Shown: positions 48,603 to 56,326 of the stretch, one piece after another
How the letters are laid out: every line of letters starts with the position of its first letter
Position numbering within the stretch: position 1 is the stretch's first letter
Assembly (NCBI GenBank): GCA_963733195.1
Contig: CAVTCR010000059.1
Coordinates: 96,001 to 160,000 of the forward strand
Direction: 5' to 3'
DNA: 64,000 bases
From: an uncultured delta proteobacterium
GTDB lineage: Bacteria; Desulfobacterota; Binatia; Bin18
Position numbers and translations under genes: made by a program
Notes under the pieces: generated by a model
The model's database searches: none
What the model saw: the letters and a program-made list of their open reading frames with translations, nothing else
Told to the model about the DNA's origin: nothing

Positions 48603-51600
48603 ATGACGGTCGAAGAACTCATCTCTGAAGTCATGGCAGTATTGCAGCGTGAAGGCCGTATTTCTTACCGGATCTTGAAGCGACGGTTCAATCTTGACGA
48701 CGAGTATCTGGAAGACCTCAAAGCCGAGCTGATCGACGCCAAACGGGTGGCTGCAGATGAAGACGGCAAGGTGTTGGTGTGGATAGGCAGTCTAGCGTCT
48801 AGTGTCCAGAGTCCAGAGTCAGAGCAAGTCCAAAGTTCAAAGTCTAAGGTCCAAGGTCAAAAAGACCAACCCCTAGCCCCTAACACCCAGCCCCCAATTT
48901 CTTACACACCGCCCCACCTTGCCGAGCGCATCCGTGCGGCCTCTCTAGTGGACGGCGAGCGCAAGACCATTACGGCGCTGTTTGCCGATCTCAAAGGATC
49001 TACGGCGCTGATTGAAGGGCTCGACCCAGAAGAAGCGCGAGCGATCATTGATCCTGCGCTCCAGCTCATGATGGATGCCGTGCATCGCTATGAAGGCTAC
49101 GTGGCGCAGGCGTTAGGCGATGGCATCTTTGCCTTGTTTGGCGCGCCGATTGCCCATGAAGATCACCCGCAACGTGCGCTCTATGCGGCCTTACGGATGC
49201 AAGAGGCCATGCGGCACTACAGTGATGAGGTCCGCCTCAAGCACGGTGTCCCGCTGGCGCTGCGAGTAGGCATCAATACCGGAGAAGTCATTGTCCGCTC
49301 GATTCATAAAGAGGATCTGCATACGGACTATGTCCCGATCGGGCATTCCACCAACCTGGCCGCCCGTATGGAGCAGATGGCCACGCCGGGTTCGATTCTG
49401 ATTACGGAGTACACCAAGAGGCTGACGGACGGGTACTTTGAGGTGAAAGCCCTCGGAGCAGCGGAGATCAAAGGCGTAGAAGCCCCATTGCCGATCTACG
49501 AAGTCCTTGGCGCGGGACCACTGCGTACCCGATTACAAGTCTCAGCCCGACGCGGCCTCACCCGCTTCGTGGGACGGCAGAGCGAGATGGAGCAAATGCA
49601 GCAGGCACTCGCGCAAGCTAAAGCCGGACACGGCCAGATCGTTGGCGTGATGGGCGAGCCGGGCTTAGGGAAGTCACGACTGTTTCACGAATTTGTAGGG
49701 GCGTATTGCAATACGCCCCTACTCTTACGATTAGAAGCCTACTCCGTCTCGCACGGCAAAGCCTCGCCTTATCTGCCAGTGATTGAGCTGCTCAAGGGGT
49801 ACTTTGACATCCAGGTGGGGGACGATGAACGCAAGCGGCGAGAGAAGATCATCGGCAAGGTCCTTACGCTCGACCGCAGTCTGGAAGATACCTTGCCCTA
49901 CCTCTTCGCCCTTCTGGGAATTGAAGAACAGCCCTCGCCGTTACAACAGATGGACCCACAGATTCGGCGCAAACGCACGTTCGAGATGCTCAAGAAGCTC
50001 TTGCTGCGCGAGAGTCTCAATCAACCATTGATCCTGATCTTTGAAGACTTGCACTGGATTGACAGCGAGACGCAGGGATTTCTCGACGTGCTGAGTGAGA
50101 GTGTAGCATCGGCCAAGGTCCTGCTGCTCGTGAACTATCGTCCCGAGTATCGGTCCGAGTGGGGGCAGAAGACGTATTACACGCAGCTACGGCTGGCGCC
50201 GTTCGGCAAAGCCGAGGCCGAAGAATTTCTTGATGCGCTGTTGGGCGTTTCTGTAGGGGCCGACCGGCGTGTCGGCCCACAGGGACCGGGCGCACACACA
50301 GGTGCGCCCCTACAAAACCTCAAACGACTCATTCTAGAGAAGACCGAAGGCACGCCCTTCTTTATGGAAGAGATCGTGCAGGAGTTGCGCGAGCAAGGAA
50401 TATTGAGCCGCGACGGCGTAGAGACACGACATGTCGCGTCTCTACCAGCAGCGTTACATCTGCCTCCAACCGTCCAAGGCGTATTAGCGGCGCGCATCGA
50501 CCGTCTTGCCAGCGACGAGAAAGCCCTGCTCCAACAGTTGGCTGTCATCGGTCGGGAGTTCCCTTTGAGCCTGCTCCGCCAAGTGATCACCCAACCCGAA
50601 GACGAACTGTATCGCCTGCTTTCTTCCCTCCAGCGCAAAGAATTTCTCTACGAACAGCCCGCGTTTCCGGAAGTGGAGTACCTCTTTAAGCATGCACTGA
50701 CGCAGGAAGTGGCCTATGGCACGGTGCTGCAGGAGCGGCGCAAAGCCCTGCACGAACAGACGGCGCAAGCCATTGAAAACCTCTACGGTGCCAACCTCGA
50801 TGAGCACTACAGCGCCCTGGCGCATCATTACAGTCGCAGTGGCAACGCCGCAAAGGCCGTGGAGTATCTCAGCCTGGCGGGACAGCAAGCGGCACGGCAG
50901 TCAGCAAACGCGGAAGCCATCACCCACCTCACCACAGCTCTTGAACTGCTCAAAATCCTGCCTGACACCACCGCCCGAGCCCGTCAAGAACTCACCCTCC
51001 AACTGAGTCTCGGCGCTTCGTTGATGGCCACGAAAGGGTATAGTGCCGCCGAACTGGAACTGACCTACACCCGAGCGCAGGAGTTGTGTCTACAGGTAGG
51101 AGAGCCGCTCCAGGTCGCGCAAGTCCTGTATGGGCGGTGTGCATTTAACGCAGTGCGAGGGAATCACACCGCGGCGCTCGCCTTGGGGGAACAGTTCCTC
51201 ACCGTTGCCCAACGACAGCAGGATTCCACTCTGTCCCTCGTGGCCCATGCAACGGTGGGGGCAACCTTGCTCTGGCGCGGAGAGTTCACTCCCGCGCAAG
51301 CGCATCTTGAGCAAGCCTTTGCTTTCTACGACCCCGAGCATCACCGCGACTTGGCCTACCAGACGGGACAGGACCCGGGGTTAACGGCTCTGGTCCGTGC
51401 AGCGGAGACCCTCTGGTATCGTGGCTACCCAGACCAGGCCCTAGAGCGCGTCCGTCACGGGCTCTCCTTAGCCCAAGCCCTGGCGCATCCCTTGAGCTTG
51501 GCGGACCACGCTGGGTGCATGTCGCCCGCGTGCATCTGTTCCGCCGCGAGGGCCAGGAGGCCCACGCCCAGGCGGAGGCGATACTGACCCTCGCTCACGA

Positions 51601-52278
51601 GCACGGGTTTGCACAGTGGTTGGGCTGGGGGACGAGCCTGCAGGGCTGGGCACTCGTCGAGCGTGCCGCGCGGTCCGGTGCACGGGAGCAAAGAGAAGCA
51701 GGACTCGGGCAGCTCCGGGAGGGACTGGCTGCTATGCGGGCCACGGAGGCAGAGGTATATGCTCCACTATTTCTGGGCGCGCTGGCCCAGGGCTATGGGC
51801 AAGGCGGCCAGGCGCAAGAAGGACTGAGGGTGATCGCCGAGGCGCTGGCTATGGTGGAGAAGAATGAGGAACGCTGGAACGAAGCCGAACTCTACCGCCT
51901 CAAAGGGGAACTCACACTCAACAACAGTCAAAGTCCAAGGTCCAAAGTCTCAGTTACCAGCCCCCAGCCCGTGACCCCCGATCCCCAAGGGGAAGCCGAA
52001 GCGTGCTTCCTCAAAGCCATCGAGATTGCGCAAAAGCAGCAAGCCAAATCGCTCGAACTGCGCGCGACGATGAGCCTGGTCCGGCTGCGCCAACAGCAAA
52101 CGGCGCAAAAAGAATCACGTAACACGCAACACGAAACACGCACTAGGCTCGACGAAGCACACAGGAGTTATCCGAGATCTACCACTGGTTCACTGAAGGG
52201 TTTGATACGAAAGATTTGCAAGAGGCGAAAGCGCTGATTGCAGAATTGAGCGATTCTAAGGATAGGAGCATTGAGTGA
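48603..52278 (+). CDS. Class III adenylate/guanylate cyclase - STAND ATPase - TPR protein (apparent frameshifts near 51505 and 52165)
   Basis: LFADLKGST, LGDG, RVGINTG, TNLAARME; GEPGLGKS, FEDLHW, GTPFF, ARIDRL, FKHAL; C-terminal ELRATMSL and WFTEGFDTKDL. Confidence 0.92.
49695..49722. repeat. In-frame GTAG REP palindrome 1 inside the cyclase
   Basis: GTAGGGGCGTATTGCAATACGCCCCTAC, a perfect 28-bp palindrome; encodes VGAYCNTPL. Confidence 0.9.
50253..50313. repeat. In-frame REP doublet (REPIN-like) inside the cyclase
   Basis: GTAGGGGCCGACCGGCGTGTCGGCCC..GGGCGCACACACAGGTGCGCCCCTAC; encodes VGADRRVGPQGPGAHTGAPL. Confidence 0.9.
50418..50445. repeat. In-frame GTAG REP palindrome 3 inside the cyclase
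   Basis: GTAGAGACACGACATGTCGCGTCTCTAC, one mismatched pair; encodes VETRHVASL. Confidence 0.9.
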
Positions 52279-52300
52279 TTGATTCATTGCATCATTGAAA
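52269..52300. repeat. Octamer array
   Basis: CATTGAGT GATTGATT CATTGCAT CATTGAAA over the cyclase stop. Confidence 0.65.
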
Positions 52301-52363
52301 AAGGGTATTGTCAGTGAGACTACGACACAGATACATCAATGAGGGAGAGAAAAGGAGCACGGT

Positions 52364-52609
52364 ATGAGTCTGGTTATTCCTGATGAAATTCTTTACTCGA
52401 CTCACATGTCTGAGACAGAGTTGCGCCAGGAGATTGCGGTTTTGCTCTTCCAAAAAGAGAAGCTGACGCTAGGCCAAGCCAGCCAACTGGCAGGATTGAG
52501 TCAATGGCAATTTCAGCAGCTCTTAGCGAGTCGCCGTATTCCTGTCCACTATGATGTAGCGGAGTTTGAGGAAGACCTGAAAACCCTGAAGGAGTTACGA
52601 CAATCGTGA
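52364..52609 (+). CDS. UPF0175 family antitoxin-like protein
   Basis: ELRQEIAVLLFQKEKLTLGQASQLAG..FQQLLASRRIP..FEEDL. Confidence 0.88.
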   Translation: MSLVIPDEILYSTHMSETELRQEIAVLLFQKEKLTLGQASQLAGLSQWQFQQLLASRRIPVHYDVAEFEEDLKTLKELRQS

Positions 52610-52818
52610 TTGTGGTTAGTAATACCTCACCAATCACTAATCTGGCCGCGATCGGGCAGTTGGAGATGCTCCAGCAGCTTTATGCACAGGTGCTCATTCC
52701 CCAGGCTGTGTATGGGGAGTTGACGTTTGGCGGCGTCATCCAACCTGGGGGAAGAGAAGCGCAAACACTTAGCAGAAGAGATGGGAGGGCGTTTGTCTTA
52801 GTTCAATTTTTAGGTTAA
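52606..52818 (+). pseudogene. DUF3368 / PIN-like toxin, truncated
   Basis: MIVVSNTSPITNLAAIGQL..IPQAVYGEL; similarity is lost after about 55 aa. Confidence 0.8.
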
Positions 52819-52828
52819 TTTTAGCCTT

Positions 52829-53075
52829 ATGATCAAACTTAATATTCATGAGGCGAAGACGCATACTTTCCCGCTATCTCAAACACTTGGAAGCTGGAGA
52901 AACGATTCTCCTTTGCCGACACAACGTTCCCATTGCTGAGATTCGTCCGTTGCCCCCGCAGCGCAACACGCCTCGCCCCCTCGGGACGGCTAAGGGCAAA
53001 GTGAAGGTACCACCAGAGTTCTTCGAACCGCTGCCTGAAGAGATTTTGCGCGGGTTTGAGGGACAAGGGACGTGA
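52829..53075 (+). CDS. Phd/YefM antitoxin (one extra base near 52865)
   Basis: MIKLNIHEAKTH/LSRYL..GETILLCRHNVPIAEIRPL..FFEPLPEE; near-palindrome AGGTTAA-TT-TTAGCCT just upstream. Confidence 0.88.
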
Positions 53076-53458
53076 AAGTCCTTGTTGATACGTGCACGTT
53101 CCTATGGATGGCCGATGATGCTCCCGAGCTGTCCACTCACGCACGGGCTATCGTCACTGACCCAGACAATGAGGTGTATTTGAGTGCGGCCTCGGTGTGG
53201 GAAATTGCGATCAAGTATGCGCTCGGTAAACTCCCGTTGCCAGAACCCCCACGCCAGTTTGTTCCCGCGCAACGGACACTGCTTGCGCTCACGGCGCTTC
53301 CGATCGAAGAGGCCGCTGTGTTAGCCTTGGACCGTCTGCCGACGCTCCATCGAGATCCGTTTGACCGGGTGTTGATCTGTCAAGCACTTACACATGGTTT
53401 AGTGATCGTCAGTCCTGATCCGCAGATTCAGCAGTATCCAATATCGACACTGTGGTAG
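53072..53458 (+). CDS. vapC: PIN-domain (VapC) toxin
   Basis: LVDTCTFLW, SAASVWEIAIK, HRDPFDRVLICQA, SPD. Confidence 0.93.
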   Translation: MKVLVDTCTFLWMADDAPELSTHARAIVTDPDNEVYLSAASVWEIAIKYALGKLPLPEPPRQFVPAQRTLLALTALPIEEAAVLALDRLPTLHRDPFDRVLICQALTHGLVIVSPDPQIQQYPISTLW

Positions 53459-53563
53459 CAACGATTGAAGGGCGCTGTCTACTCTGGAAGCCTTGGAGGA
53501 GTTACTGCACGGCAACGCGTGAGCACCAGTGCTGAGGAATTCCCTACGTAGAGAAATTTTCTT

Positions 53564-54850
53564 ATGCCCAAAGTCATTGGACTCGATTTCGGCACGACCA
53601 ACAGTGCCATCGCTGTCGCGACCGCAGACGGAACTGCGCAATTGGCGACCTTCTCCTCAGAAGGTCAGCCGACCGCAATGTTTCGTTCGGTGTTGTATTT
53701 CGATCCGGAAAATCTCGAACCAACCGGAAAGCCGCGTGCGATTGGTGGCCCAGAAGCGATTGCGCAGTATTTACAAGCAGAAACCAAGGGGCGCTTGATC
53801 CAGTCGATGAAGTCGTATTTGGGCAGTCTACTGTTCAAACATACGGTGATCTTCAACTATACGTTTACCCTTGAAGACCTTATCGCCATGATTATCCGCG
53901 AGCTCCGAGCTGCGGCAGAGGCACAGTTTGGCGATCTCGGAGAACGTGTAGTGGTCGGTCGTCCTGCCCACTTCTCCGGAACAGAAACTGACAGCGAAGA
54001 TGACGTGGCCCTTGATCGGCTACGTACGGCTCTCGAACTCGCGGGATTTTCGCAGGTGGAATTCGAGCTTGAGCCGGTCGCGGCTGCGTATCAATACGAA
54101 CAACAACTTGACCATGACGAACTTGTACTGATCGCCGACTTCGGCGGTGGTACGAGTGATTTCTGCCTTATCCAACTTGGCCCACAGGCTCGTGCACGTG
54201 GGCAGCGCCACAAAGACATTCTTGGCACCGATGGTGTCGCGATTGCGGGTGATTCTTTCGATAGCAGTTTTATTCGCCATTTGGTGACACCTCACCTCGG
54301 TCTCGGCTCGCAATACCGCACTCCGTTTGGCCGTATTTTATCTGCACCGCTGTGGATCTATGAAAAACTTGAACGCTGGCATCAGTTTTCGCTCTTGAAA
54401 ACCCGAGAGACAATGGAAACTCTCCGCCAGCTTCATTTCCAGTCCCTCGAACCGAAAAAGATCGAGGCGCTGATCCACGTAGTGAACGAAGGTCTTGGCT
54501 ACCAACTCTCGCGAGCCGTAGAAAAAACTAAATACGACTTGTCAGAACGTGCGACCAGCACCTTTGCCTTTCGCGATCTTCCCGTTGACATTACTGCGCA
54601 GGTAGGCCGCGCGCAGTTCACGGAGTGGATCGACTTGGAGCTGCGAACTATTGCCCGATGCGTTGACCGGTTACTTGTTCACTGCGGTGTGACATCGAGT
54701 GATATCGATAGCGTGTTTCTTACTGGCGGTTCTTCCTTTGTTCCAGCTGTTCGACAAATCTTTGCCGAACGATTTGGAGAAAACCGTCTACGTGGTGGTG
54801 AGGAACTGACAACCGTAGCAAGAGGGTTAGCACTGCGAGCGTTAGAGTAG
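53564..54850 (+). CDS. yegD: Hsp70 family protein, YegD-like (ATPase domain only)
   Basis: GLDFGTTNS, GRLIQSMKS, VGRP, EPVAAA, DFGGGTSDF, LTGGSS. Confidence 0.88.
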   Translation: MPKVIGLDFGTTNSAIAVATADGTAQLATFSSEGQPTAMFRSVLYFDPENLEPTGKPRAIGGPEAIAQYLQAETKGRLIQSMKSYLGSLLFKHTVIFNYTFTLEDLIAMIIRELRAAAEAQFGDLGERVVVGRPAHFSGTETDSEDDVALDRLRTALELAGFSQVEFELEPVAAAYQYEQQLDHDELVLIADFGGGTSDFCLIQLGPQARARGQRHKDILGTDGVAIAGDSFDSSFIRHLVTPHLGLGSQYRTPFGRILSAPLWIYEKLERWHQFSLLKTRETMETLRQLHFQSLEPKKIEALIHVVNEGLGYQLSRAVEKTKYDLSERATSTFAFRDLPVDITAQVGRAQFTEWIDLELRTIARCVDRLLVHCGVTSSDIDSVFLTGGSSFVPAVRQIFAERFGENRLRGGEELTTVARGLALRALE

Positions 54851-54852
54851 GG

Positions 54853-56199
54853 CTACGGATTCTCTGCGGCGGGTCGCTCACGATCTTCGAGCAGTTGGGT
54901 TATAAGCGGGAGAGTGAAGAAGAAGGTACTCCCTTTTCCATGTGTACTCTCGACCCAAACCTGTCCCTGATGAGCCTCGATGATTTCTTTGACCAGGGCA
55001 AGTCCCAAGCCAGTACCACTGATAGCACGCGTTGCATCATCATCAACGCGAAAAAATTTCGTAAACAATTGGGGCAGTGCATAGGAGGGAATACCCATGC
55101 CTTGATCACTTACCCAGACTTTGATCATCGATTGCTGGTGTTCTGCTCCGACCGTAATGGTTCCCAATTCAGGGGAAAACTTCACTGCGTTAGAAAATAA
55201 ATTAGCCAGCACTTGCTGAATACGATTTGTGTCGATGTAAACCGGAGGCAGAGAATCAGGTACGGAAAGTTGCCACGTATGCTTGCCGTCGCTCTGGGCA
55301 AATACTGAGACTATCTCACGTAAGAGCGGTGTGAGTTGCGCCTTGGCAAAGTGATAGCGAGGGCGTCCAGAGGTGATCGCTTGGAAGTCAAGAAAATTAT
55401 TGATGAGATTAGTCAGTCGGAGCGACTCCCGATGCACGATGCTCAGCAAATCGCGTTGCTTAGGTTGAGAAAAGTCTCGGGCAAGCATCAGTTCGGTGAA
55501 GCCTAACAAGCTGGTTAAGGGGGTTCGTAATTCGTGGCTGACCGTAGAGATCAAGTCATCTTTGAGGCGGTCCACTTCCTTCGCCGCTGTGAGTGCATTC
55601 TCTAACTCGATTTTCTGTTGTCTCTCCTGTACGCGCAGATGTTCGAGTCGTCGATAAGTACGTAGACGAACGTAAAAGACCAACAATGCAAGGACAGTGG
55701 CTGAAAACATGGCGAATGTGAAGTGGAGCCACTCCGGTGATGGTGGGAGTGACCACACAATTAATCCCCAGCCAACCAGAGCCGTGGTCAAAACAAAAAC
55801 AAAACAGGGAATCGAAAGACAAAAACAGGCGACCCCGACGATGAGCAAGAGAATGTTGGTGGTCTGATGCATCTCCCCAGTGAGGTAGAGATGCAAAAAG
55901 CAGTTCACGAGGACGGCTTGTGCGATCCCTGCGACGATCTGATGTGCATAGCGAGCTGTGACCAATGCTCGTTGTATTAGAATGGCGATCCCGACGAAGA
56001 GTACTGCCGACAGAAAGGCAGTGACAGTCATTGGCACAGCTATTGACCTGGGGAGAAGCACACTGTGAGCGATAGCAAAGATCAAGAACAGAAGACTCAG
56101 ACCCAAGGAAATCGGCCGTAACCCGTCATAGACAACCCCAGCAAGAGCTACACGCATCTCCTGCTGAGAAATATGAGAGTTTTGTGTCGCTACATTCAT
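54853..56199 (-). CDS. Membrane sensor histidine kinase (orphan)
   Basis: About 5-6 TM; VSHELRTPL, NLFSNAVKFS, DQGMGI, FTKF, GTGLGL. Confidence 0.93.
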   Translation of the reverse strand: MNVATQNSHISQQEMRVALAGVVYDGLRPISLGLSLLFLIFAIAHSVLLPRSIAVPMTVTAFLSAVLFVGIAILIQRALVTARYAHQIVAGIAQAVLVNCFLHLYLTGEMHQTTNILLLIVGVACFCLSIPCFVFVLTTALVGWGLIVWSLPPSPEWLHFTFAMFSATVLALLVFYVRLRTYRRLEHLRVQERQQKIELENALTAAKEVDRLKDDLISTVSHELRTPLTSLLGFTELMLARDFSQPKQRDLLSIVHRESLRLTNLINNFLDFQAITSGRPRYHFAKAQLTPLLREIVSVFAQSDGKHTWQLSVPDSLPPVYIDTNRIQQVLANLFSNAVKFSPELGTITVGAEHQQSMIKVWVSDQGMGIPSYALPQLFTKFFRVDDDATRAISGTGLGLALVKEIIEAHQGQVWVESTHGKGSTFFFTLPLITQLLEDRERPAAENP

Positions 56200-56326
56200 A
56201 TCAGGGTGTCACCCAGAACTTCTCAGAAGGGAATCTAGCAGAACATCTCGTGTTCGTCAGGAATCCCTATGCAGAGTGGAGGAATGCTGGCAGCCTCTAC
56301 CCGCAGTGAGTTTCGTATGTTAGGAC

